Assembly: GCA_964016885.1 (NCBI GenBank)
Contig: OZ024748.1
Location: 6,634,001-6,698,000, forward strand
Reading direction: 5' to 3'
DNA from: Eledone cirrhosa
Lineage: Eukaryota
Length of the DNA stretch: 64,000 nucleotides
The notes under the pieces are model-generated. The model saw only the letters and a program-made list of their open reading frames with translations. It was not told the origin of the DNA and did no database searches. A program made the translations under genes and the position numbers. Numbering within the stretch: position 1 is the first letter of the stretch; the number at the start of each line of letters is the position of its first letter. Shown one piece after another: positions 1 to 15,198 of this stretch.

Positions 1-160
1 TTTCCTTCAATCCGTTACATTCATAAGTCTATACACAATTCTACTAACATACAACAAAAATTGTCGCAACTACCAAGTAGGTATACACCTGATTCTTACT
101 CTCCTGTAAATACATTATTTTACACACACACCTCATACATATGAATCAACACCTTAAATC

Positions 161-238
161 ATATATATACGTACATTATATATACATATACATATCCATG
201 TATATATATATATATACATGTATATATTTATATACATG

Positions 239-269
<31 letters not shown>

Positions 270-283
270 ATATATATATTTAT

Positions 284-331
<48 letters not shown>

Positions 332-487
332 CATATTATATATACATATTATATATAAATATACATATATTATATATATGTATATATATGCATATATTAT
401 ATATATGTATATATATATGTATATATTATATATATGTATATATATTATATATATGTATATATAATATATAAATACATACACACACAC

Positions 488-556
<69 letters not shown>

Positions 557-856
557 TACATACCTACATACATTTTCATACATTCTATATAAATCTCACT
601 CGTTTATACATAACGACATCTATATTAACATTTGTTCATTTATCAGACTGGAGTACGCGCTTATCCGAGATCAACAACACTACACTTCTCTCAGCTCTAG
701 AGGAAAAGTTTAAATATTGTTTTTAAGGGTGAACTCCAACTGAATATTCAACATTTGAATTACATGGACAGAGCTACATTCAATGATACATATTCATATA
801 CATAGACAAATATACATTGTTTTGTGTGTTTATATTAAATGTATACATATAAATAA

Positions 857-913
<57 letters not shown>

Positions 914-1045
914 TATATATATTTACTTATATTTACTTTTATATGTATATATATATATACATATACACATATATATATATATATATATAAATATATACAT
1001 ATGCATACACAAATATATATATATATAAATATATATAAATACATG

Positions 1046-1131
<86 letters not shown>

Positions 1132-1658
1132 ACTGGCAATGTTTAATGTTTATATATATATGCATATATGTACATTTATATTTTTACATAGTGATTTATA
1201 TTGGCAAGTATTCAATTTGGATAGCAATGTAACTAAAATTATAGTTTTACATAACTTAGTTTAGAGAACGTTTATATAAATGTCTTTGTTGTTGGTTGTG
1301 TTAGCCATGGAGTGGTTTACAATGATGATGTTGATGGTAGTGATAGTAGTGCTGTTAGTTAACTTGGTTGTAGTAGTACTAGAGCTTTTAGCAGTAATAG
1401 TATTTTAAGCAATATCTGTTTTATTGTTTATCTCCAACTAGAAATATATTTTTTTTACACTTTTATAAATAAATAATTGAAACAAAATGTGAAATGATAC
1501 ATCTACTTAAATTACTTTAATTTGTATTCATTGCATGTATATATTTATATATATATACATATGTATATATAGATATATATTTATATACACTGACGCTTAC
1601 AATCACTCTCTCTCCCTCACACACATATATATATAAATGTATTTATATACATATATAT

Positions 1659-1739
<81 letters not shown>

Positions 1740-1817
1740 CATACAAATATATATATATATATATATACATATATATATACACATACATATACATATATAT
1801 ATTTAAATATACAAATA

Positions 1818-1878
<61 letters not shown>

Positions 1879-2013
1879 TTATACATTTACATATACATAT
1901 ACGTCTCATATGTTCATGAATACACATACAATACATATACCTATATATTAATATATTACCTTCTATTTCTATCACAATAAATATGTTTGTGCGAGTGCTT
2001 GCATTCCTACGTT

Positions 2014-2085
<72 letters not shown>

Positions 2086-2180
2086 TATATGTATTTATTT
2101 ATACATATGTTTGCGAGTGTTTGTGTGTGTATATTTGTGTAATAAAAGCTAGATATACATACATGTGTTGATGTATATAT
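161..2180. repeat. Cluster of (TA)n and degenerate TA/CA microsatellites (representative; dozens more occur throughout the window)
   Basis: Long TATATA tracts, giving spurious YIYIYI ORFs. Confidence 0.95.
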
Positions 2181-4197
2181 ATATCTAACGTAGATGTATA
2201 TGTCGTGTCCAAATATTCATACATGAAACTGTAACAATGATATATAGAAATGTATGATTGTACGTAATTTTTTTTATCTTTTTTTTATTTTTTTGTCTTT
2301 AAAGATTTCTCGTTAACCAGGAAGAATTGTTTATATTTAGTTTCGTTTTTTAAGTTTGTTATTTTTTTTTTTCCTTGTCATTTTTTAATATTTTATATAT
2401 ATATATAATTTTGTTCTTCTGAAGGAATTTCATTTATATTCATCCAGTCATCTGTTATCACCTTGCCATTCAAAATGGTGGCTAAATATTTTGACTTTCC
2501 TACAAATATACATACATGTTTGCGGAACGTCACATCTCTGCATCACTGCTATATTTTATTAACAATTTTGATACCAAACCACCTAAAACTGCCTCTAATA
2601 CTGCCATAATAACCTATTCATTCTGTAATTTTATATTTATCTAAAAACATCCTAAAATAATTTTATGTAAAACGTTTTGTTAAGTTATGTTGCAACCACC
2701 AGCATAAAGTCCCGATAGTTATTTATATTAATAAATCCCTCCCAATCTTTCTTTGTATTGAAATTATCTAAACAAAATTATTTCAAAAGAAATATGGCAT
2801 CGAACATATAAAAATCATTGTTATATGTGTCTTATATTGTGTCTAGAAATATTTTTATTTCTGCATATTATTATTTTTTTTATATTCTGAGCCATAACTG
2901 TTATTTTGTAATATGATTCTTCTTAAATCGTTATATATTTGCTAAGACATTACTTGTGTGTATTTACGCACTCTAAATATATAATGCAATATTTTCTTTT
3001 TAAGAAGGCAGCATTTCATTTGAAATAAATCTTTCTTTACTATTTCTGCTGGCCGAGTGACCATCTATAACCCGATAGAATGCACAACATTGCAATAGTT
3101 ATATTGCTGTTGTTGTTGCTGCTGTTCCAGAACGAAGTATTGATGTTATTGTGATTCTTGTAACAATTGTTTTTGTTATCGTGGCTCGCATTATAGATGA
3201 TTTTCCTTGCTGCTCTTGATGTCCTTATTGTTGCTATTCATGTTCTTGATATCGTTGTATATATAGGTGATACTGTTGTTCCTTTAGTTACTGTTATGAA
3301 ACCCCAGGTGAGCCTCGATAGAGCAGACATTTTCATTCCAGACGATGCCAACCAGACATTCTTTAGTCACCAAGGATTTACATTTATTCGATATCCGAGA
3401 TATGTTTATTAAAACTATATTTAATATATATTCTTTGTATGTATATATTTCTTTACATATGAATGTATATATGTATGTATACGTGCATGCATATGTGTTT
3501 GAATGCATGTCACTGGTGTAGTTTCAATTCTCCAGTTGCCAATGCAGTTGCATCCTCTACTGATTTGTCGACGGTGTCATGTAGTCGATGTTTTGGTCTT
3601 TTCATATATATATATCTTTGTCACCCTGAAGATTCATGACAGCCTCGCACTACGTGTCTGCATCTATTCTTTTTGAACTTTCACCATGAATCGTGAAAAC
3701 TAAATTTCAAAATATGTGCGGGTGTTATTAAGAAACATTTAATCATTAGTAACTTTTAAATCGGCAGCTTGCATTGTTTCCTTAAATGGTTTCAAGCTAT
3801 TTATTTCTTTGTTCATTTACTTTTGTTTTCATTGGTGTGTTGTTTGCGATTGTCGATTCTCTTTTATTTAACCCTATCATTTTTCTTATTTTTCTCTCTT
3901 GTTTAATCCTATTGATTTTCTTCTGTCGTTCAAAAGTACATCTAAATCATGCTTTCCAAATATTTAGTCCATTTTGGTTTTTCAGAAGGATGAATATATC
4001 GAACTCATTACTTTATTCATTGCAAGTTTGAAAAAAAATTGAAAAGAATAAAACTCAGGACTGATAGACAATGATAAATATGATAAAATTATTATTAAAT
4101 AATTTTATCAATCATGATTCTTTTTTATCATTTTGTCCCCCAATTTTATAATTAATTATATAAACTTTTTTCTTGTTCTCATTATGTTGTTGTCACA

Positions 4198-4475
4198 TTA
4201 ACTGGAAGCTTCCGAGTTTTTATGTGTCTTACTAACATCTTGTGTTCGGCCCTGCTCATTGAGTTCTTTAATTGCTTGTAATTCTTTCTTTTCTTTCATT
4301 CTTCTGTTTTGGAACCAGATTTTGATCTGTCTCTCCGTCAAACAGAGCATATGTGAAAGCTCAATACGTCGTCGTCGTGTCAAATATCGATTGAATTTGA
4401 ATTCTTTCTCTAGTTCTAGCGTCTGAAATCTTGTGTAGGTTTGCCGACCTCTTCGTCGCTGGTTCGAATTTGGAC
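4198..4475 (-). CDS. Lox2: Hox gene Lox2, terminal (homeobox) coding exon; homeobox ~4279-4458
   Basis: Translates to (G)[74 protein letters not shown]...SS*. Complete 60-aa Antp-class homeodomain followed by the Ubd-A parapeptide [26 protein letters not shown] and the GPNSNQ N-arm fit Lox2 rather than Lox4/Antp. The upstream part of ORF 4198..4668 is intron read-through. Confidence 0.93.
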
Positions 4476-4500
4476 CTTGAAGTAGAAAATAAAAAGAATA
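4476..4500 (-). other. Splice acceptor (polypyrimidine tract + AG) of the Lox2 homeobox exon, phase 1
   Basis: Minus strand reads TATTCTTTTTATTTTCTACTTCAAG|GTCCAAATTCG, with AG at 4477-4476 immediately before the conserved GPNSNQ, the usual Hox intron position. Confidence 0.8.
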
Positions 4501-5461
4501 CATGAAAATAAATGGGAAAAAAACAAAATGAAGAAAACGGATCATAGGAAGAAATATATAGGAAACAATATTCTTCGAATCATGTATTGAGTACTTTCTT
4601 TCCCTCTCACTTACAAAATGTATTAAAGTGAATGAACCTCCACCAAATACCGAAAATGTGTGTTCCATATAGTAGTCGGAACGGCGAACGTGTTAAATTA
4701 ACATGTAACTGGATGAGTATTTCACAAACATGAACCGTTAAAGCAGTTCTCAAATTCAGAGTGATTCGAGAAAGGTCTGTTCGGCTGACTTTCATGCAGC
4801 TTCCTTTTATCCAAATTGAGACACAAAACTCAGGTGGACACGGTGTTATAGTAACGAAACTTGTTCAAGTCATCAGTTACTGGAATCAAGACTAGAATCG
4901 TATGATTCCGAACTCAATGCTAAGCCTTATATTAAAGTACTATCTTCATCACAAACGGTAAAGATATATTTTCCTTGTGTGAATTTAAAAAAAAACTATT
5001 TGGCGGGCGATTCAAACTTGTAATGCAGGTGAAGGATCTCTGACACCTCACGTAGGGGTTCGTTCTCATAATGGCTCCTTTTAAAAGATATAATAGCCAT
5101 ACAAAATGTTGGAGAAAATTCGTTGATTTTAAGAAGTGATTGTTTTATTTGCAGACTGAAAAATCAATATCGCATTTCGAAACTTGAGACAGGAGAAAGA
5201 AAAAGACGCCCCACCCCCTCATTAAAACAGGTAACACAAGGCTATAATTACTGTTATATAGAGAGACTGATTTATTTTAGACTGGCACGATTAAGGGTTA
5301 TAGAATACTACTACTACTACTACCACCACCACCACCACCACCACATTCTAAATTGCGTTTTCTCATATACACACACTTGTGGCTTGCACACATATATACC
5401 AATATACCATATACGCACACATATGAAAGCAGTACCTTAATATATGTTGCATCCCAGTGTA

Positions 5462-5564
<103 letters not shown>

Positions 5565-5853
5565 AAATCACTGTGAGTGTATGTGCATGATTCAAGCTCT
5601 GTCCCTCACTCCTTCTGCCCACTCTCGCTATCTTTCTCTGTGTTTGAAGTTGTTCAGAAAGTAGACATAATGCCTGAGAGATATGATACCGTGGACTAAA
5701 GTTTCACAGACGAACACTGTCTCATCTCACTCTCTCTCTCTCTCTTTGTATATATATATATATATATATATCTCTCTATATATATATGATATCCATACAA
5801 ACACACAGATATACACACATACCAATATACGCATATATATATATATATATATA

Positions 5854-6110
<257 letters not shown>

Positions 6111-6387
6111 GTGAGTATGTGCGTGTGCTGGGTTCTTTACCGGCAGCAAGTCGTGAGGAGTTTGCCATGATAAGCAGCGTGTAATGAAGTGGACATAAAG
6201 CAGATAAATAAGTAAGTTAAAACACGCAGAGTGAACAACCTTTGCTCCTCAATTTTCTCCTTTAATGAACCAAGAAATATTCATTAACTCAGAGAAACGA
6301 CAACAAAATTGAAACGAAAAATATAATCACAACCACCAACGACAACAAAAATGAATACAACAACATATAGACCAACAATTACTGCCG

Positions 6388-6470
<83 letters not shown>
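6388..6470. repeat. (CTA)n microsatellite
   Basis: Perfect trinucleotide run. Confidence 0.95.
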
Positions 6471-6471
<1 letters not shown>

Positions 6472-6917
6472 TTACTATACATCAAATATAAAACAACCAA
6501 CAATGACGAAAAAATACAAAAACAATAAATACAAATTACAAATAGAATGACAATAAAAGAAACAAAATTAACAAAACAAAAACAGAAAACAAGACTCAAA
6601 CGAATACTTTTCTTAAAGTCACTAATTATAGGTCTGAATAAAACAAAAATAATGAAAAGCCATATTGTCGAGCAGAAGGGAGGAAATAGGGGTATTCTCT
6701 GATGAATGTAATTAGTGTTTAGGGAACAGAAAACATACATTTCTAAAGCTATCAATATATTTGAAAAGTGAACCTCGAAATCAGATCCAATATGGAATTA
6801 CACACTATGTGGTAGTTGGATCTATCAGAAATTGAAATTATTGTTCAAAAAGGCTCAACATAAACGATGCCAGAGGGTAAAAGATAAAGCTATGTATACA
6901 TATACATATATATATAT

Positions 6918-7110
6918 AATTGTTTCTACTTTTGGCACGCACAAGGCCAGCAATTACACAGTGTGTTACTGGTACTTTATTTTATCGACCCCCGTAAGGA
7001 TGAAAGGTAAAGTTAACCTCGGCGGGATTTGAACTCAGAATGGCAAGGGCCGTAACTCAATGCGTCAAAGCATGGCGTCCGACCCTCTACCGATACTCCA
7101 ATCCACCGCC
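6918..7110 (-). mobile_element. tRNA-derived SINE, family S1, full length
   Basis: Reverse complement of 7852-8043; B box GAGTTCAAATCCCGCC. Confidence 0.88.
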
Positions 7111-7302
7111 CTAATATATATATATATATACATACATACATACATACATACATACATACATACATACATACATACATACAAACATATATATAAATATATA
7201 TAATATTACATCAAGGTTGACTATACGGAATGTATATATATATTTATATATGTATATATGTATATATGTATTTATATATGTATATATGTATATATATATG
7301 TA

Positions 7303-7374
<72 letters not shown>

Positions 7375-7486
7375 AGGAACCAGGTGGACCATAATCTTTT
7401 CCTGCGCTTGCCACACATCTCGGAAGTTGTTTTTCCTTAATTTCCAAAGCCGAAATACGATTCTCAGTAATTTATATTTGTATATA

Positions 7487-7579
<93 letters not shown>

Positions 7580-7651
7580 TTAGAAACACACAGATACATG
7601 CGGACACACACATATATACATGAATGCATCCGCACCCAGCTGTGAGTTAAG

Positions 7652-7815
<164 letters not shown>

Positions 7816-7851
7816 TGTTATATACTAAGGTGCATTATTGGTTGTGTAAAA

Positions 7852-8043
7852 GGCGGTGGATTGGCAGTATCGGTAGAGGTTCGGACGCCATGCTTTGACG
7901 CATAGAGTTACGGCCCTTGCCATTCTGAGTTCAAATCCCGCCGAGGTTAACTTTGTCTTTCATCCTTACGGGGTCGATAAAATAAAGTACCAGTAATGTA
8001 CTGGGTAATTTTCTGGCCTTGTGCCAATAGTAGAAACAATTAT
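7852..8043 (+). mobile_element. tRNA-derived SINE, family S1, full length with 18-bp TSD
   Basis: A-box-like TGGCAGTATCGG, B box GAGTTCAAATCC, body TTTCATCCTTACGGGGTCGATAAAATAAAGTACCAG; TSD attattggttgtgtaaaa at 7834-7851 and 8039-8056. Confidence 0.92.
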
Positions 8044-8171
8044 TGGTTGTGTAAAATGCTCCTATAATTTTATGTTAGCAATATTAAGTTCTCCACGCTT
8101 ATGAGGGAATGAATTCTGTGAGAGAACATCGTTATTTTTCTCCCTCATATCAAGAATTTGAAGACAATTAA

Positions 8172-8250
8172 TTTTCACCTGATGAGATCAGTGATAATTG
8201 ATCATGGCTTCACAATCGATCTATCTCTTATTGAAATATGTGTCGTGATT
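8172..8250 (+). ncRNA. Candidate type I hammerhead ribozyme (long, irregular stem II)
   Basis: tcac-CTGATGA(8179-8185)...GAAA(8233-8236)-TATGT-GTC(8242-8244)-gtga; stem I tcac/gtga; (TA)n follows at ~8295. Confidence 0.5.
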
Positions 8251-8291
8251 AAATGATTGGAATTTTACCTTGCCTTCGGATTTTCATTTTG

Positions 8292-8353
<62 letters not shown>

Positions 8354-8683
8354 ATATATATATATATCAAACTACAAATTACAGGTTCCCCCTTAGAAAT
8401 AACCCATGTTGGGTCTAACGCACTTTCCCATCCGGGATTCTCCGCTGCTCTATCATCACGGACCTATTGGTGGCTTCCACGTCCGGGAAGGTGCACCCTA
8501 AAATCTAACGCCTAGATGACCCCCTTGAGGAAAAAGAAAAAAAAAGGAACTAGCTGATGACTTTATACTAATGAAACACAATCTAGTCCTGCAGATTCCA
8601 TTTCTATATTAAATAATATTTATACTCTACGAGTGTATTGAGTACCATTCAAACTGTGCTTAACCCCGTTTTCACTTGGGATC

Positions 8684-8702
8684 TAGATAGATATATAGTT
8701 AG

Positions 8703-8770
<68 letters not shown>

Positions 8771-8832
8771 GGATGGTAGGATAGATAGATATATATAGAA
8801 AGATGGATAGATAGATAGATAGATTGATAGAG
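8684..8832. repeat. (AGAT)n microsatellite
   Basis: Tetranucleotide run. Confidence 0.95.
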
Positions 8833-11089
8833 ATGCGTATAATACATTTAAGGACGATACTTCAGAGTAAAATAGTAACAATTTATTCCCGAAGTAATGT
8901 TAAACTGTCATAATTATCATTCCTATGCACATACGTACTCACACACGCACACACACATTCACACATGTTCACACATGTTCACACACATACATGTACACAC
9001 CTGCAGATACGCACACGCATGAATGCATATATGTATATACATAAACATACTGATTCATACACATATATACATGGATAGATTCATATTTTCCTATACGTAT
9101 ACTACATATGTGAATGCTTTATATGCTATAATTTCTATTCTCTTCACAAAAGACAACATATTCAGAAATATACATATTTGTTTCCCTGTAACATCTGGCT
9201 CCATAATTCCACTTTCATATTATCTAACCTACCATCAGCTGTGACAGCTTATCCAAACTTTAATCTATGCCCAGAATAGTATTATTCTCATGCAAACGGT
9301 CGGCGTGTGTAAATAAAGGAAAACTTCAAATCTTTAAACACATCATAATTTATTTTTATCTTGGAAGAATGATTAACTTAGAAAAATGACTCATAATTTA
9401 TAGTTAAATTAATAATATATAATTGACTAAATATAATTAGCATTTACAGGGGTAAAATAGCAAAAGGTAAGAAACTACAAATCTATCTGTCCGCCACATT
9501 TCATTTTCGGTTAACGAATATCTCACTTTATTTAAGAAGTTTGTGATATGGAGGGGCGTATAGCTGTTCCAATGAAGTAATACTTTTGGCTTGGGATCGT
9601 TTTTTTAACTAGAGTGTACGATGTTGTACCAAACCTGCGCGCAATATAGTCCACAAGGAGAAACTCCCAGAAATTACAAATCTCAAACAATTTTTAATTT
9701 AGGCCCTTTTGACACTTCAACTGAAATTGTAAAGTTATAAAATAAATTTGTAAAATAAATTTGGTCCAATAACAACAACCATAGAAATTTATGAACATCA
9801 AATATTTATGTTATCGTCTTATTCTACATTTGATTGGAAGAAGACTACTAAGCGTGAAGAAGAATGCAAATAAATCGATCTTTCATTTGTTTCGACATTG
9901 AGTGCTCCAGTCGATCGATAAAGGGGCCGACAATTCTGTGTATATTATTTATGAGTATTTCACAAATGTATGTACATTTAGCATAAACCTGAGACAGACT
10001 CAACGTTTTTGATGAGTTTCTACATCGTCCCAGTTTCACTTAATAATTTCATTTAATAAATTTGGATTGACCCAAAACTATGCTAAAAGACACCAAGAAT
10101 ACTAACCAGGAATATATCAAACTGTTATAGGATATACTCTACTTATTATATACTAACTTTGCCATACTATGACAAAATATATTCCTGAACTGGATATTCT
10201 GAACAATAATTCGAATTAATGGTACTTTTAGACAATCTTTCTACATTTAACGATTCAAAGAATTCCCCTTCAATTTTATGATTTATTTCAAGTATCCTAT
10301 TCAGGTCTTACTTCTCTACAGTCTCACTTTTTATCTCTCATTCTCTGCCTTTCTGTTTTATATTTTTCTCACAATAATACTTAGACAAAATGGTTTTACA
10401 TTTAGATAAACTTATATATATTCAGTTAGGAGACTTCACTAAACCCCTATGAATCATTAAAGAAAACCCAACAACGTGGAATGAATCAGAAAAAAGATAA
10501 ACCAGCAGAACTACTAAAGTGATATTGGAGAAGAGAGACACATGACATATAGAAAGCATTTAAAATGGCGCCTTTCGTACACTTTAATTGCTTGTTTTCG
10601 TTAGAAAACCTCCGTCCGATTGTGTGCGAAAGTATGTTATTTTATGCCATGCTTCTTATTCTTACTCACTTCAATCGAACTGTTGAGAAAATGGCTTTTA
10701 TCTGGAAGCAAGATCTTAAATTATATACAGCGATTCATATCTTTAAATGGTTTCGTCTGTCGTATCTAATATCAAGAAGGTAAATATATTTATATAGTGT
10801 CCACTTTCAGTAAGTGAAATGAAGAAGGGGTAAGAAATATCATTATTTTTTAGATTATTAAGGGCAATGAGTTTGGAGGAAGTAGGGGTTAGAGAAGAGA
10901 ATGATATGCCTGACGAAATATCATCTCATACCATGACGTTCTTGGTTTCGGTTTCGTTGATGTTGTTGTTGTTGTAGTTGTTGTTCAGCCCTAGGTTACG
11001 GCCCTGAAGTATATATATATGATGAATGAATGATATTGTAGTTATGGTAATAGCGCCCTTTATTTTTCTGACACTGTACTGTGAGGAAC

Positions 11090-11290
11090 ACATTACTAAA
11101 GTTTTTTTTTCTCCAGGAAAATGATTATTCTGTGCTTGAATCATTTCAAAGTGAAGAAATCCCTTGTATTGGACCAATGCCACTCTCTTAAGAACAGTGA
11201 CAATATCCCAAAAGAAGAACAGTTCAACATTTTTAGTTGTCATTGACTCGCAGGTCTTACATCAGTGGGGCTCGGGCACCAAACCGAGTA
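11090..11290 (-). mobile_element. Degenerate LINE-like 3' ORF fragment, homologous to ~12380-12560
   Basis: gccactctcttaagaac...caaaagaagaacagttcaacat resembles cccactctcttaaccaa...caaaaagaagaacaagtcaacat; minus translations NVELFFFWDIVTVLKRVAL vs DVDLFFFLVNIILVKRVGL. L1/Tx1 identity is a guess. Confidence 0.35.
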
Positions 11291-11353
11291 CTTCTATGTA
11301 CGAGCGCATATATGTATATACATACATACATACTTACCTACCTACATACATAC

Positions 11354-12072
11354 ATCAGCAGCTGTCCGAAGATGTCATCGCGGTACTATCTACCTATGAG
11401 GCATGATGTAGTGGCCAAAACACTGTCCAATGCAGTTCGTAAAAAAGATAAGCCCGATAATAAACACATTAAAAGCTACAACAATGTGGAAGACATCCAT
11501 GTACATAATATGAAAGAGTACTGGTGGAATGTTCCCGTAAAAACCCCAATAAAATGCAGGCATAACAGACCAGATATAATGATATGGGACAGGGAGAAGA
11601 AAACATGCACAGTAGTGGAAATTAGCTGCCCAGCAGATGCCAATATAATATCAAAGATTAGTGAAAAGGAGAATATTTATGCAGAACTGATGAGAAATCT
11701 GTAGATACTCCACCCTGATTACACCTTCAGATTTATGCCTGTGATTATTGGGGCACTGGGATGTGTTAGTAACTGCCTCAATACAAATCTTGAGAAGCTA
11801 GGCTTCACAGGAACAGAAAGAACACAACTAGTTAGGAAATTACAAGTACAATCCATTAATGGAACAGTAAAAATATGTAAAATATTCCAAACATTTTGCA
11901 TCTAATAACTGCATATACACATGTACAGATACAAAGCATATACACATGCACACATACAACTCAAAACATACATATCTACCTAGTTCATGTTGTGTAAATT
12001 CCAATGAGAGAGTCTTGTGTCTATGTTAGAAACCGACTCTCTCTACATATGTAAAATTTGTGAAATTATAAA
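11354..12072 (+). mobile_element. 5'-truncated RLE-type non-LTR retrotransposon (R4/Dong-like): endonuclease domain plus 3' UTR, inactivated
   Basis: SCPKM...RHDVVAK...WWN...HNRPDIMIWD...VVEISCP...KENIYAEL; in-frame stop at 11702-11704, then the same frame continues PVIIGALG...LQVQSINGTVKI to TAA 11903-11905. RHD, PD..E and K..Y motifs of the restriction-like endonuclease. Flanked by (TACA)n on both sides. Confidence 0.88.
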
Positions 12073-12349
12073 ACCAGAAGAACATACATACCTACATACA
12101 TACATACATATATACCTACATACATACTTACATACATACATTCATTCATACATACATGCATACATACGCACATACATACATACATACATACATACATACA
12201 TGGTGGCTGCCAACTCGTTTTCGAGTACGGCCACTACTTTATATCCATGTAGGAGAACCCCTACCGATGCGCTGAACGCGTGTGACTTTTTAGTCGAGCC
12301 AGCGACTTGAAAACTCTGGTACAAACACTACACTTGTGACAATTACTGA

Positions 12350-12655
12350 CACATAGTGCTGGGCCCATGGTACCATGTGACGACAAGTGCAGAGAGATCT
12401 CCAGATATAAAGCAATGCCTGTGCCGTGAAGCTTTTATAGTGAGCAAAGGCACTGCACAAAGCCAGTCCCACTCTCTTAACCAAGATGATATTTACCAAA
12501 AAGAAGAACAAGTCAACATCATTGGATACCATCAGGGTTGCAGGTGTTATATCAGAGTTTTCCTTCTCCTAGAATTCTGCCCTGACAAAGGCTAAGGGGT
12601 CATCTCTCCCGGTGATTTTGGACGGCCATTGACTCTCAAGAGCTCCTTTGCCCTT
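12350..12655 (-). mobile_element. Degenerate LINE-like 3' ORF fragment, homologous to ~11090-11290
   Basis: See partner copy; GC-richer coding-like block between microsatellites. Confidence 0.35.
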
Positions 12656-12720
12656 TATACATATATATACACATACATACACATACACATACATACATAC
12701 ACATATATACACATATATAC

Positions 12721-12751
<31 letters not shown>

Positions 12752-12911
12752 CATACATATACATATACATATATATATATATACATATACATACACACAC
12801 ACACATATATATATACATATACATATATATACATATATATATATACACACATATATATATATACATATATATACATATATATATACATACATATACATAC
12901 ACATACATACA

Positions 12912-12951
<40 letters not shown>

Positions 12952-13079
12952 CATATATACATATATACATATATATATATATACATATATACATACATAC
13001 ATATATATATATACATATATATATATACATATATATATATATACATATATATATATACATATATATACATATACATACA

Positions 13080-13115
<36 letters not shown>

Positions 13116-13976
13116 TATATATGTGTATAAACACTATTATATACTTCTCAAGTTATTTTAAGTATTACATAGAATTCTACATGTCTGGTCTGGCTTGTCA
13201 TGAGAAATAAATCTGGTGATCTTTAAAATGAAATTTAATTAAGTGAACTTTAAGTTACTTAGTGCAGTGCATTTTTTAACTGTTTAATGATATAGTACTT
13301 GGGGTTTTATGTACTGAGTTATAACCCAGAAGGGACTGACATGGTTTAAGGGTGTACATCTATTAGCGATGTACTTACATTCATTCCAATCTCTTGCAGC
13401 TCACATCTTTGTTTTAGCATATATATGGTTGTGTGCTAAAGATAGAACCAATATTTAATGAAAATCAAGTCAAGTAAGACTGTGGTTTCTTCACAGAAAC
13501 ATATAGCAGCATGTTAAATATCCATCAATGTAGTATTTAGTTTCGTTCGTCTATGTTTTAAGTTGAAACACTCTGAAGTTGAATACGTATTGTCATTTCT
13601 CTCGGGACATGCTAATACTCATGATAATGTATCTTAACTCAGAATCGAGGGATAGTTATATATACAGAGTAATATTGAATCTTTAATTAAAACATGTAAA
13701 TATAGACAGCATATGAATACAAGAATAAAGAAATTTACAGCGCGATCAACATTTTCCCAACCGTATTCAGTAAATATATAACTTTATGCTTTATGTGATA
13801 TTAAATATATGTGTTATAATAATGTCTGTGTGTATATATATATAACTATATACGTATACATATATATATGTATATGTATATGTATGTATATATATATATA
13901 TATATTTATATATATGTATGTATATATATATATGTATGTATATATACATATATATGTATGTATATATACATATATA

Positions 13977-14036
<60 letters not shown>

Positions 14037-14038
<2 letters not shown>

Positions 14039-14254
14039 AAAATGTTCAAGACCCCGACGGCAAAGCTCAAGCCGATTCGACGGCTATTTCTGGACTAAAT
14101 TCGACGAATTTAGTACACAAATGGCCATCGAAACGGCTTGAGCTCTACCGTCGGGGTCTTGAACATTTTACTATTACCCACTCTACTACCCTAAGTATTG
14201 AGTACTCTGGTGCGTTATGGTCCATCTGGTTCCTTACCACACTTCTTTCGTTTT
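14037..14254 (+). mobile_element. (TA)n-embedded palindromic element, family P1 (putative PLE-derived)
   Basis: 65-bp arms 14039-14103 / 14105-14169, then conserved tail ctattacccactctactaccctaagtattgagtactctggtgcgttatggtccatctggttccttaccac. Confidence 0.85.
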
Positions 14255-14568
14255 ATATATATATATATTTATGTATACATACATATATATATGTGTGTAT
14301 ACGTACATACATATATGTATACAGACGTACAGTAGTATGTATATATGTACATACATGCTGTACGTCTGTATACATATATGTATGTACGTATACACACATA
14401 CATACTTACATTTAAGTAAGTACCGTACTAAGAGTGAGAAATGAAATTGCGTTTCATTCTATTCCATATATATATATATATACATAAAGATATATATGTA
14501 GACATATATATGTATATATATATAAATATATATATATGTATATATATGTATATATACATACATATATA

Positions 14569-14623
<55 letters not shown>

Positions 14624-14972
14624 TTTTTTATTTATTTATTTATATGTATGTCTAATATGAAACATGAAACTAGGTCATGTACTTCAATTAGTCTGTTCAT
14701 AATTGTATAATTATGCACTACATGCCCCCCCGCTTCGTATAGTGAGACGTAGTAAACATGATAGCTTAAACAAGCTATTAATACCGCGTACAGATAGATT
14801 TCTGAATCTTAATAAATTAGTTTAATTACAATGTGTGACTTAATATTGTGGAAGAATGGTGAGATAGGGAATCTGACGATTGTGAGTTTAGGAGTTCGAA
14901 TCCTACCGGAATTTAGGAAATACATGCACAGACACGTATATGTGTATACATATCGGTACACATACAGAAACG

Positions 14973-15015
<43 letters not shown>

Positions 15016-15019
15016 GTAT

Positions 15020-15198
15020 ACTATCCAGGAAGCTCCAACCGTTAAGGTTGTCTTTTTTCAGGGTTTGACAATATTTATTTATAAAACAAATCTGTATTTT
15101 ATCTGATGAAAGCGCACCATAATTTGCCTTGGTTGCCCTTGAAATATGTATAATAAAATAAATATGGTTTTATAAATATAGTTTCCATTTATTAATAT

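Noticed and set aside
3700-4197. Lox2 polyadenylation site
   Set aside because: Several minus-strand AATAAA candidates (e.g. ~4012-4017, ~3800) in AT-rich DNA; cannot choose without transcript data.
4476-4668. N-terminal 64 aa of the 156-aa ORF containing the homeodomain
   Set aside because: F/I-rich read-through of the polypyrimidine tract and intron; a good acceptor sits at 4476.
7852-7945. tRNA gene
   Set aside because: The A/B boxes belong to a multi-copy SINE head with body, tail and TSD; no proper cloverleaf.
8546-8590. CTGATGA...GAAA hammerhead-like spacing
   Set aside because: The intervening sequence cannot form stem II, and the NUH register does not fit the stem I pairing.
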